Shown piece after piece: positions 27,601 to 30,024 of a DNA stretch of 64,000 bases. Position numbers and translations under genes: made by a program. The notes under the pieces were generated by a model that saw only the letters and a program-made list of their open reading frames with translations, searched no databases and was not told where the DNA came from. This DNA is from an uncultured Christensenella sp. (GTDB taxonomy: Bacteria > Bacillota > Clostridia > Christensenellales > CAG-917): assembly GCA_910577815.1 (NCBI GenBank), contig CAJTNO010000002.1:192985-256984 (forward strand). Direction: 5' to 3'. The stretch's first letter is position 1, and each line of letters starts with the position of its first letter.

Positions 27601-29583
27601 CTTATCCTTGCCGAAGCCGAGGTCCTTATAGGTGAGGGTCGCGTTTGTGACAGGCACCTTGCCGCCCTCGAGATCGCCCACGAAAATCAGACCGAAGATA
27701 TAATCGAGGATGTTCTGCGCGATATCCAGATGTATGGTGTTGATATTGAAGATATTGCCGTCCATACCTACGGTAATATTATCGACGATAGCCATAATCA
27801 AGCCCATAGTATCGCCGATTTCGTTGGAGTCGTCCTCCGCCGCGACCATACCCGTGTGCTGCTTGATTATAGCTCCGTTTGCCGCGAGCTTATTGTACTG
27901 CTCCTCGGTGTTGGTGTTGCCGTTTACTGCTTTGATAATGGTATCGAACAGCTTATCCATCAAGCCGTCGAGAAGCTCGTTGACGTTGATATCCTCAACC
28001 TTGAGCTTGGTATTCTTATTGCCGAGCACGCCGCTTGCGTCGATATAAACCGCCTCGTCCCTGCCGGTGTAATAGACGCCGAGGCGCGTAGCGCCCTCGG
28101 AGCCTCTCAGCTCAAGCGCGATACGCGTCTTGGAAGCGTCCTTGGTATTTATTTCCGCGCGGATTTTGACGATAATCGAGTTTTCGGTCTTGTCAAAATT
28201 GAGGTCCATAGCGAAAAGCGGCAGGAGCGCCTTATACGTATCCTCGCCGAGGTTGGTTTTTAAAATATTGGTGAAAAGCGTACCGAAGGAATCCATAACG
28301 TTTGAAATGGAAACGGTCTGCTTTGAAGTGTCGATGCTAAGAGTTACGTCGCCCTCGAAGGTAAGTATGGAATACTTATTCGTGGACTGCGCAATATGGT
28401 CATAGAAGCTGATGTTCTGTTTTTTATCGTAAATTCTGTTTTTGAGTATGCCGACTACGTCGAGCGTAGGAGCGCCGACAAACTTAGCGTCGATATAGCC
28501 GAGCTTGATGCCGACGCTGCTTTGGAAATCGCCGTATCTGTCCTTAACCGCCTCCGACGCGTTGGAGTTGAAGTTTACGTCTATAGACGTATCCACACCG
28601 TCAAGCACACCGTCCTGAATGTCCGCCTGAATGTAGATTGCCATACCGGTAAGCGCGCCGAGCTTACCGAGGTCGAGACCGAGAACCTTATTGACAAGAC
28701 CGATAATGTCCTCGCTGATTAAACCCTGAAGTAAAGGAAGAAGACTTGCGACGAAAGAGAGGTCGCAAGGTATAAGCAGGGTTTGGCTGCCGTTTCCGTT
28801 GTCCTTAATGGAGCTGAACGAACCGCTGAAAAGCAAGGTAACAATCAAATCCTCAACGGTCATATCGAGAATACCGAGGTCGGCGTTTATGATGCTGTCT
28901 ATAAGGTCGCCGATGTTATAGCCGAGAAGCTCGTTAAAGAGGAGGTCGGTGATATTGAGCTGCTTAAACACGCCGTGAAGCTTTTTGGCAAAATTGGCTA
29001 TATCGAGGTTGTCCGTCCAGACTACGTGTACGGATTCGCCCGTCTCGCCCGCCGCGTTTTTAATTCCGCGTACGTCCGCAACAAGCTTGCCCTCGTAAAA
29101 ATAGAAGCCGGCAAGCAGCTCGCCGCCGTCGTTTTTGACAAGATTGTTTATAGCGTCGTTATCCTGAGCGTCCTTAATCTCGGAGGCTCCGAACTGTCTG
29201 AGCTCTACAAGGAACTGGTCCTGCACCTGCGCTTTAGTCGACTGAGGCGCAAGGTTCATAGCCACCGCCACACGCATAACAAAGACGTTTTCGCTGCCGT
29301 CCTTGGCGTAACCCAGAATAAACGAAGTATCCACGTTTATGTATCTGCTGTCGCTTTCCTGCGACACGGCGGCAAACGCGGCGTTCTTAAGCATATTCCA
29401 GGCCAATCTCGAATCTATGGGAGTACCGCCGTTAAGGTCGGGGTTGTCCGGACCGGGCGTCGGTATCGGAGTAGGCTCCGGATTCGGGTTGGCAGTGCCA
29501 GTCGAATTGCACGCGACAAATACCGAGGTCAGGACAACCAACAGTATCAGCAACAGCACGACTGAAATTTTTCTCTTTCTCAT
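2677..29583 (-). CDS. giant (8,968 aa) predicted surface lipoprotein of unknown function: 13 divergent beta-rich modules plus a C-terminal Ig-like array
   Basis: Uninterrupted 26.9-kb frame. The ATG at 29583 is preceded by GGAGGAAGATT. The signal peptide MRKRKISVVLLLILLVVLTSVFVA|C carries a lipobox. The ORF-track start at 29637 lies upstream of the predicted transcription start. All long antisense ORFs are codon-aligned shadows. Confidence 0.9.
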   Translation of the reverse strand: MRKRKISVVLLLILLVVLTSVFVACNSTGTANPNPEPTPIPTPGPDNPDLNGGTPIDSRLAWNMLKNAAFAAVSQESDSRYINVDTSFILGYAKDGSENVFVMRVAVAMNLAPQSTKAQVQDQFLVELRQFGASEIKDAQDNDAINNLVKNDGGELLAGFYFYEGKLVADVRGIKNAAGETGESVHVVWTDNLDIANFAKKLHGVFKQLNITDLLFNELLGYNIGDLIDSIINADLGILDMTVEDLIVTLLFSGSFSSIKDNGNGSQTLLIPCDLSFVASLLPLLQGLISEDIIGLVNKVLGLDLGKLGALTGMAIYIQADIQDGVLDGVDTSIDVNFNSNASEAVKDRYGDFQSSVGIKLGYIDAKFVGAPTLDVVGILKNRIYDKKQNISFYDHIAQSTNKYSILTFEGDVTLSIDTSKQTVSISNVMDSFGTLFTNILKTNLGEDTYKALLPLFAMDLNFDKTENSIIVKIRAEINTKDASKTRIALELRGSEGATRLGVYYTGRDEAVYIDASGVLGNKNTKLKVEDINVNELLDGLMDKLFDTIIKAVNGNTNTEEQYNKLAANGAIIKQHTGMVAAEDDSNEIGDTMGLIMAIVDNITVGMDGNIFNINTIHLDIAQNILDYIFGLIFVGDLEGGKVPVTNATLTYKDLGFGKDKSLSIAVDLGKSEQNPLVKLGAGVKLKFGTISDPSGFADLFENIYSEHYLPITKDGALNAEILHVNLQTGLDINVEALSGELAQLQVNLKDLALGDTTFDVLLDILFKLGSIRGGLVADIQADIDLTSGFNEAALLKSTAKIKLLPKDASGNIDYNNEVLAIYLQEGKLYINAQMLCIGVDKIMIDLQRLSMMGVEMDALSADDEALATADGTADEDITQATSTDRIIALIGGMIQGINLGKNSIEIAFVSNLLQALIDGLDIDGIDIIVNDAGVEGGIKIELVDGLNLSELKLGIYMSIGDHVNFEIGLNGFEAGLGESNTNYLDLETQYSKDDFVDLFANPFVSFDGVFGLNLSVEQGTTTIDFGRKGTHWLDGDGITYKSIEQYPVPSGYKGLLYYFDDEADKFMPAFSDTISVGFDQKGTFEYKLKMSGRLDLASVMSYLLGDENVDTKNRRSELLIELTGKKFSEPEKVLLGLYYTGKRLYVDGSNFGINKFSVPMDIFDILLKIIAKDSTININPDGSLKEALTVAEGDSAAEALTKKKLALSVVASLTSEKLQIRIMQGIVEALYELVGFDLTDVTAWIDVVWDTLASRSGEQISLNFEINDANEETLIGAKLYAADINIIAGGNMLNGITVGEGENKKDLATYLKDDKDGYIEVPLFNGNGDMEIPSVFLELKGTIDLGANQGSSDWTLGKWIAQFYEDGENPALNSFLHSLLLSYNIDEEVVANLGFRISLNLRLNPESFIDFIENTVFIPISKDEIAQNKYKYGEIYKLEGTNYIQLDEDGIKGYDGTLFIKQYLPDGISLVKAPKDYNQLIDKKTNKGVAYLKTGENYVKVILTPQTVGNFVDDELYIPASLFDFDYILSHSDIGIEIYNVAIDDVDFNDQASITKHTLLGVHLLYTGEQFGVPVSTVYLDIKNDFHLALANLDVASLIKSIQGGNKPSEGENNTAPDDGAENTPAEGDTTEEEASKGILSVLLGNINNLIKRATVNDTEIKVNFAEALVTTIVNLLTGKNIAPDDFIKLNSTESYFAFYWFYELALKVQVDPLYMGLTLSDIRIGLGTDDSVLPGGAENFDSGKYAGLDSLDNLTLHLSLALDVKIKEQDAPIRIEDYLDVLFPQLGLKLGIDFKDTVHYKPVLTVGANISLTDPASTKIVLRLANEIDHSNILAIYIDGNTVYIDFGGLGKEAVYIENTGIANIITKLISELVGKIHIGDDEAVATADTDSASIEEQMRILLDIADGKVGLLVTQNVLLGLIAAIAAGSDANNDVDINEIISSLDLGLSVNASISVSPELELSIDIDSKLLSLGLTLGSFHIETGKDGETYKHVANELKEAIAKKDYILAENPSETDVLYVLDPVTHEFVEFNPDNADHTGLPQYVARDHFNKRPEAGILAVDVSLLLDYKTSATYIRIDDPNRLATYSAKDRYSLNKSDGRFIQDPRGIYVRDGFAFDETLDLILNMEALDSILSYGLPIIHFKGENGSITLGELLKHVGLNLLLNDAMRDGVLIDAQIRLNTETLGFKLSEVDSPDFSFDNIKFDTQTILNALQLAVSIDFTYEDGANSQRKLNIYLVEGDLYIDASAVGGPKLSVGLLDLLDKFGANDTEGGKQEALPTADDNSELLAKLGEVLNIMVKSILVKGTPWFPGDNSSNKLDYLGIYFKPDMINELLKSLFNFDPTSDLTVLDERSGLFLRPTNNIGGREMLTLEMIAALANKQAAGSDGNNVSFMFDIMLGLDVEFDFMSIDTFEGVLSMNDRYDFINLDLYIENLLPIINGFYRDSDVYEKVDVENIVEGRNYYYFTKAADGDYIKVNGEFRLIKEEEKAIGGVDRYAVASNLVMKDAKPCYFEYVADKNGGYIFDKNTGNYVEAPENTTEQRYSIKYTPADGVDFYAPKAVMKDAYARVKTEKLEQGGIYYVFDKSKTGNYVKLGGMFRAINDGELTPDDKGNVKFKDDERYVRRYATVKADKDGNLKGYYLNYIQDNEGTYVYDFATGVYVQADASDDGIRFRREEELILKPKAKEDEADVPQAVENIGFYAIQDRPQYYDQNIYLAVGGLVYFNSNGIETYNAGGLVANLLGDMIIELQAQSEFTGGIGINIALNVDLAKLDLLGLAGGKSVGQFILDSDIDEMELAIEFVKVGDDGHFERYRSGAFKVLGGLYLSGGSLYIDATEIVNNAESYARIDNFVSKGRELIDQIGGIVDGITKPNQADEALTATEYDSESQDLEKLSRDAIIALAYSDTAFQIQFTRSLLAFIVATLMPELGSIEEVFDILELSVGVELGEVQYKRVSEIKDPAEKDKWDTEWNDERYNYYTDPSPVHAVELEDYYVAMVNGVSKYYPSYTSLYVKNENGTYDKVTDGYNPDAGITYYVDEAGLKLEVLRVVKAQKADKNYYVVAEGSGATVSLKSYDLYEKVGDDYYKSDMFVYDEAQNDVRYIHYNGSYRKVTALRMRKYGYVKETGGEFYREIINYSALEDFMVAVDLTAGCLSMGLKLGRLDVDLGSGIDLLPDYIRDEVGHTVKLDNGDYEEYSRELYETLTETEKNTVKQVAVNPFTDTIVTIGFSIDLDFGVTEGAIDFGQIVAGILGNIAGVRIEMPTTSKGYSSAHFRLDFSLMLDMGDLSNSELAIELFAVTESGYDAKWAGIYYFGRGVYLDLSDTFNIPKMSMSDIGATDLINSIFDLLGLGKPFVAGSVNNGVSSGEALTAGSANDAVLGADGTTGAVGDADFTNRDLALAILFNKDLLTIALGNKMFHTILELIDTSSLGFNLKDLFYDEINTNLQVKLDTSESIDLEVLIALGLVGGRYNKVADATEQGDSYDEQQIIRDIQSLTNQTKYFAFRPAVEGGQRGYYVKGDDGTYVRVAKPDDIVNGTTYVKYRVLYNEDTKKLYLRPMLDGDGNGKENMGKDEFALNAGEEIYSFTPGASANNSYVGDGGKYDVDLSLKIAICNVNAEFTNSRKYTLSGEELKDYTAFGDMDRITLSETVDLTTSFKTGEDNDIDLSAVISAFIPSLTADNLIKIISQADDGGDVNRKIQAVVTLDLQMMALVNYARTQLVQYSGMDAFEGEMTLFDTIELLQKLIENADALGENASKILTDIISFFDLKLVIQTKGGNEKEFHDIIGIYMMGGTFVIMTDEEKNDKESEKYVDPSERFDHYFENKDGTYYLDKDGKYKPINDTPLAEDDKRYSFDANYCYPNENGGYKRVNGGIAIDLSYFNVPSIYIDSSELDTLVDALLGGLVGGGNGEAMSVAATSADDSEDEDNKITFPLITDDELLGYIRTFVYGFSVTSRYIQLLVQPDFINSILALLLDEDTTIKFDEEKFVNKPALTIYSDMTKHAYVNVKELVERIPDSSDTSVTEEERVKIRKEVVEIMTASHYRFNVTEYTGAGASKRGTYFKAEDGSFELIAVMSASQKSDYDKLVEKGEKSYYDVNSAPVYIRIIDTDASGNVINSFVLYSTASDIQIRRAEKNALALQHYGIDVPVLYILSDTSLDSSDIPTEDGKFYTTVGAEDLYCVEKLDSRYPFITLDLYLWNYQISLGVNFPEFGVEKFNYVNVKELKDKILAGTATEEERNLYEIISQYPDSVRYRDVPQYLYSSEDKESDGTYSWISDYYESGAFSPARYDANPRYYSVKEPVKDEDTGKEKFETKYYPITADTLMIMNAQGTFKPAVTDGVIPNYLEEIANGTKEYYVQTGTSYAKVQRQYMYRRDMYDAGKKVLIAPEDVDKYDDYYVRAMRQGFITRPDFENDEKYENYKYKNYVSIGELFYLSLDLRAHLYVEAGRMFFPYGEYKQLYSQINNLLGENELSDADMLAFIKDNGLGYKIQRGEYVQVKDGAEIESLMAGGHLYVWANSSLSEDYDGVKEQLGQVLSGIFGNMKAVLQLQEGDSLNIYLSVRINLCFDLTISPFKLNVRDLDIAIDAWLQQRDKLAGGGYVSPEDRQNGNYEGELENGSLAHILGIYYDRNAATGSAGLYVDLSWILGADAKIYVDLSKHSIEDVLAGLLGNNSMDNDEALPVARNDRIDKDVQSPDVTTAYLNIFTNAIAVNVTSGFLRVLLNELMADSSSITDVLPNFRAYVKVGFNPYDLTVGALLFNEDGSRPVIDVGLKFEGLNGTETSSSIAFGPESEFDGGDIFNNANFHLDSKGEYARNYDLGNIIRLYKNSADGVEYYETENGNYKKLDDGSFELISGDYDGTRYDVYNGPSQRYSHDGYSAKEILPEARFAFGSDHDNRYDTGEFKGMLYVKVGDAYKPINEVETKFKSASYRDICNTETFASFRGELYAVDPEFDYIKVDKRSLAGYTGKGKLQYRLARTGELTNPLAVNVDGAAYMPIDEDGDGYTSAVEADKYAGEKAYILSGDFKGYTKAMTIDLSKLSNVSIADMLGDFKSVEFGVTLDLTLKVSNIINWAYQMTKFIDDSTITEYLYFLIASLEYIENEGNKTETNSKVSLNASINVYLPTQNIVAILTNNDPDKTINILDVLDGIKAYVEITYQTGLHKNPATSRLWFEINGGKLDAYLDMAEIGELIGFGNFFSYGKLDGFDLAPLLGSASATSVAEAIAAADKALDDDIVNTGMLPEGIWGTLNVLLGRLLLSSDFITVGLNESLLADLLKILINSDSEILNSVAEFLPKLYTTNDSDTSGITINFSGNSPSVDINFGFKVGEDYYITVQRYNEMFGKNGKYCIDGVTYSDWSGTRFAKNEDGTYSVTTSTDNANTYVYISSDNYVLKAYAYPTWEGETFDYVPATGEFVKNAAGNGLYIAMGDFSLSASLHDLYVRINKDFSVSKEEKFGEDTDGDGVKDTIDESKFVEIHSMKAYLNMSIDVSLYGSGAAGQDNTIDMSEVLDLLLELLAPTANIGNSDFKVNITNELGRDDGAFLKLDLNAVIDFENWEAALSLKLQKYAAKSNSYSTLFGIYLLDDSIYVDLSGLLGETAKVKLEGVNVNSLIKNSLGKLIGAVDNGGLANDEAGTAAKDEIDIIESNMMDWEYIMLLFRPHEVLLQLNADLINAVYKKIMQIRGEKVENLLPDLGDWLLHIGTDPTTDHTKISLNMRFSDALYMTLDLDMPTITKDVENGKRVISGIIGDQSKYVSLGSIDLEAIVNGEEVDLINALTLPTVGAHMGITVQVTSRGLARGDAGYDDSFAAWLGDELLGSLLSGVDAFGNYKKFGDSGNMTLADREFYQGKMYKYDSANKRYVEETNWRNATHYFQSALTSFTFGSANESINLVIDLKANINLGSVILYGLAGILYSDISIDVSMGYPLNKKLISIYYLGSSRLKYNQTTGSYEVGSDGDIMSDAIYIDATSLGLGKIKFQGVAGILGGSYGYDGDEANTVADASTEADGETNADGTPDASTGSEATPIALNINIENDKLEFSFDTGLFNAILALLNVKLGFNLPNIQNATLSLMFGDNGISGMRLESILDSVGSSIAIAVNPIELTIGTAAFDSAATAQEVKTGYAGLTMSNTAGMMSLVQNILDNLDLNASIEIQNKVMNVVGGNASGYGDVGYFQVLNQRSKITLTGQKRFDNTHPDDTSAGGKGYKLFLALLPENNSRYTKDMDTLKIIVGGNNVFVTGIPVKLTGLAEAAQGAISDFLKFLDLGSMAPDMFPLKLATGTDGDDGSYKYPSASDRYDTTDNWTDNGDGTSSYSYTPNLEGLINKLELNLSSRHGYQPYYSGMSAIQRDAGLISIKIEFGKQAFNELMIMIDCILLNLMSTMNSHPSSGGVQNYFINPTSVGINNSNGDAGTDPSGKYLSIKTATEVLQELDTNYVKKNATTEAKVKFLEPYMRALPYALIKWILRDVAYGAAKDLPVVGANSIWDDGTSLFGWKLAGIIGPNIQDLSRIIAGILPLPFAVGDINPSANIYIDLNPSPSEYGLNASSDMSPGIRAIELMVNGRKNGAGTSMQYLKAPNTNMGQYNITGHTANIEEAWDFFMLRITPYADGNKVESNRLIGFDESAEAEIIDKNITPPTSITITDPGRRSGTLVGGSNNGKAIEMRDSTFSNPALFPQMADVTFAKGNPYHSYYQTSVYNDARGTQLVWDASTVDYTAAEPGKTKLAGYVYGYALNTVMYAIPVYISDAAAVTRVRSYTRAEGDANTYVQSDITLNINEANNKFNSQLPDLALITFKDTSIGSRVFGTYRTETVDKKEQMAQAVIGTSEKLSASSSYYKIKGVQINSDGGLRVLPAYTAGLVNVKSNRHYTTVTSNWTSGGYPYSIDSEGYVKYYHAESDTYYYVLDTRYLPTGKNFPAGTISWNTDDFSYDWQGGTGDNSSTINVRFTYQWGFAAEATGSINVNAANYKVQSVSGIVRNGEETKLTVTANSDGSYASRLTLDPMKFNADMITSGSKFSLTNYIKSFTKLNGKWTSNSKFNDYTVKWDLSELEKAMEAITDENGQVDYYKGIKVTVTAYVGGDVFKVLNANGGKYGFVGSDYSTDSKYANSGYIAQAVPVEIVVNSYTLREFNNDVVYDPYNAYRLSGDALYPEGSTIAITVRTVDGTKSDRILTVGTDVKVTAPLIRTGSAGKYTYLDAYNNSVYSIKEGDISYNGYSGSYPLYACFEIGTEYTGIQRVYEQIAINEVKPSQQAVNVAHEDTFNPYWFEGEAYESFDVAFGRVKHTMYPDWTTLKYYTTAACTTLANEQNIYAGGTIFAKVKAYVKEGDKNVALAIAKDKDGNIIYDEDGNIVYEAQDIVLRLNVEKQEISSINFFYDEAIGDIYALSSDRQQDLIDSGEIFDVSKYTGAVYAQTHKIGDLGYGIDPINFATNPDAYFRTSERWGNPFESVAVLVNLVKGTWEGARYFVGENGEPAKDEAGQYISNPDGDHKYDSATGKFVKMTAGEMGTSYIAYVRDWTTTPDSYGIKGGFITLDAHIGNATVSFRVRVPNYEFAGVDESWTGTPSIAFAGGTVGGTGENALTFNYNVRKPWTMPENGTFITKEGKEPLDVRINWVDASSPIRDGVDIKTDGDRKYVERQYYFFDDMTIRYPSEGSFTARIYIDGYGENGTFVEVENRTVYDLFGEFRVPNTATVSVDGEAAPITGVPIRWTDWSNPTSDEIAAGKFTRHFKLLFGDDDNKVYEQEFVINNAFTLEETYGFINNAYGSLRYRLTSDIFHLGLPQKSVLAVGDKRIDVDLNWDVVYGLNGFAEKNVRLTITSEYLSASFDVAVTVDDVSISGLSAGNSFTLDPYGRESSFFASGDLVDVSLLNGGTAKIVANYSLSDIYAGSGIKSDAEFYANISRFFGKTYNVRVNYTYPGMEQPVDGGVISVYVVDRTVFYMGEHEYRSIIIDPFIHSDVSHLANDLHIVTRLDYGMTENTFAAYFDWSKLNEMVEKLKKKDPTAGDPLKFMATAIVYAEDANGTHVYADITDDDADNAKYVTVEEYVSYMKALTGNDEFVCDRTVYRRVEQRFNLPVTVLDRNIESSELVLTKAVEELYVEKRFSTTTRTLVGVDSFGERNDGRYLDIVKSNSTGLPTQIVFYNKYSYVGEAGLPTQIRLSFTNGDVSTYFITFDNVPTFDMLEEAKTLRKNVTAHVWNGTPGRKDSFEIMEPFTIEFVIRASALTVYNSDATYTDMSVGDYKYSFAPYGEENGAQNLFNKNNYANEITYYVGGQFISAENWWNEGRTFGETTIYDANWTKRHAMYTVYGGTFREGDVSFGKFYSYNRTNRAYFRYTGAVAYDSDEHTYKDVNGNDLYIFVYVTTQSLSADWDTSGASFGYRGGNVPVKANVSSKVNGFKSTLEVITRVESGKMQSFGFGSSLTANHGKFYDKVNNRFVIDPFANGNAFDRSGSNMYKGTKYTKLVDGVTFVEDNVNGTYKKVGNQYIELTYQELGEYTYFPNYIYITGEGATSSVRVPIEWDMSGVNFSYAGGTFYAYAVINANGEFDYGVEGYTNSLGVQRVRVEVVVSDRTITGMATNSELNGLKGYANATSKTYINAYDYKLPEMPNVLRLYTAGNKAVNFYERGVSNSDADYAGVLSWSYNKFRPTYEGGVIFVTANLTGADGSTQSYDIPFLVDRRYVHHIMSNTSGVSFNAYVNNDGNAFTNTTFTIPANFQVDPNNGNTLSLPSSYNVTFRVQTPTYNASTGDITWSATTTQADSAATLFRHVIVSMPAGLKWNIGSSGITTPDSSYNATIQIRSQQRITVPVTIKSSFAVSGVTLTDLDVSTSGWRDTLPTSYTYNGNKVKIAWYGKADIYRVGSTTAIEATYPVIFTSNNDTVELPTQGIRRVRYRLYAAVSTVVDVNGSLLATTAATSSKTAVDKGQTIPLAQFYISSMVTLTKN
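11575..28086 (-). repeat. protein-level array of 13 divergent modules sharing the motif [LI]x[IL]EL..(loop)..GIYYxGxxLY[IV]DxSxxLG
   Basis: Motif cores were read by hand at ~28021-28086, 27085-27130, 26131-26184, 24835-24910, 24028-24085, 22822-22878, 21055-21105, 19594-19641, 17884-17940 (+18160-18200), 15613-15678, 13960-14025, 12748-12805 and 11600-11745. Confidence 0.7.
29509..29583 (-). other. type II (lipoprotein) signal peptide and lipobox Cys of the giant protein
   Basis: Basic n-region MRKRK, 17-residue hydrophobic core, then FVAC with the Cys25 codon at 29509-29511. It is followed by a Pro-rich tether NPNPEPTPIPTPGPDNPD. Confidence 0.75.
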
Positions 29584-29639
29584 AATCTTCCTCCGAATCT
29601 TCGCACACGCACGTATGCTAAAGATTACTATACGCACAA

Positions 29640-29668
29640 ATTATACAACTCCCCGCCCGCAATGTCAA
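29640..29668 (-). promoter_or_regulatory. canonical sigma-A promoter of the giant gene
   Basis: Minus strand reads TTGACA (29668-29663), 17-nt spacer ttgcgggcggggagttg, TATAAT (29645-29640). Predicted leader is ~50 nt to the ATG at 29583. Confidence 0.65.
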
Positions 29669-29988
29669 TAGTCAATTTGGTTTTCCATTATATTCCAACC
29701 CCTTGAGGTCGGTGAGAAAAACCACCGCAACGGATAGTATAAAATCGCATTTTCCCCGTAAAAGCTTATGAAAAAATTCTCCGCAAAAAAACTCGGATTT
29801 TCAAAAAAGATTTCCGACCGCGCCGCCGTTGTCCGCAACCTGTCCGCGCCTTCTGACAACAACCGCGCCCGACTTACGCAAACCGAAGCCGAAAGACTAC
29901 TCCGATATAATCCGCCAAACTGGAAAATTTTACTAAAACAGGCAATCTAACGCGGTAAATTCAACATTTTAAGGATATTATACATTGT

Positions 29989-30017
29989 TTGACATATCGC
30001 TGTTAAAATAGTATAAT
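29989..30017 (+). promoter_or_regulatory. canonical sigma-A promoter giving a leaderless DUF1624 mRNA
   Basis: TTGACA (29989-29994), 17-nt spacer, TATAAT (30012-30017). The ATG at 30025 is only 7 nt downstream and has no SD. Confidence 0.55.
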
Positions 30018-30024
30018 TTACCCT

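Noticed and set aside
2677-29583. Giant ORF as an NRPS/PKS, an RHS/YD polymorphic toxin, or an assembly artefact of a collapsed repeat
   Set aside because: There are no adenylation, condensation, KS or carrier motifs. There is no YDxxGRL consensus, RHS core or C-terminal toxin. The module copies are highly diverged at DNA level, so repeat collapse or mis-joining is unlikely. Only long reads can fully exclude an artefact.
29584-29637. 18-codon N-terminal extension of the giant ORF (MRIVIFSIRACAKIRRKI)
   Set aside because: It lies at or upstream of the predicted transcription start and has no RBS. It would also bury the signal peptide. The ATG at 29583 has a GGAGG RBS.
29768-29950. 60-aa plus-strand ORF in the divergent promoter region
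   Set aside because: No RBS and a basic low-complexity sequence. It sits between two well-defined promoters and upstream of the DUF1624 promoter.
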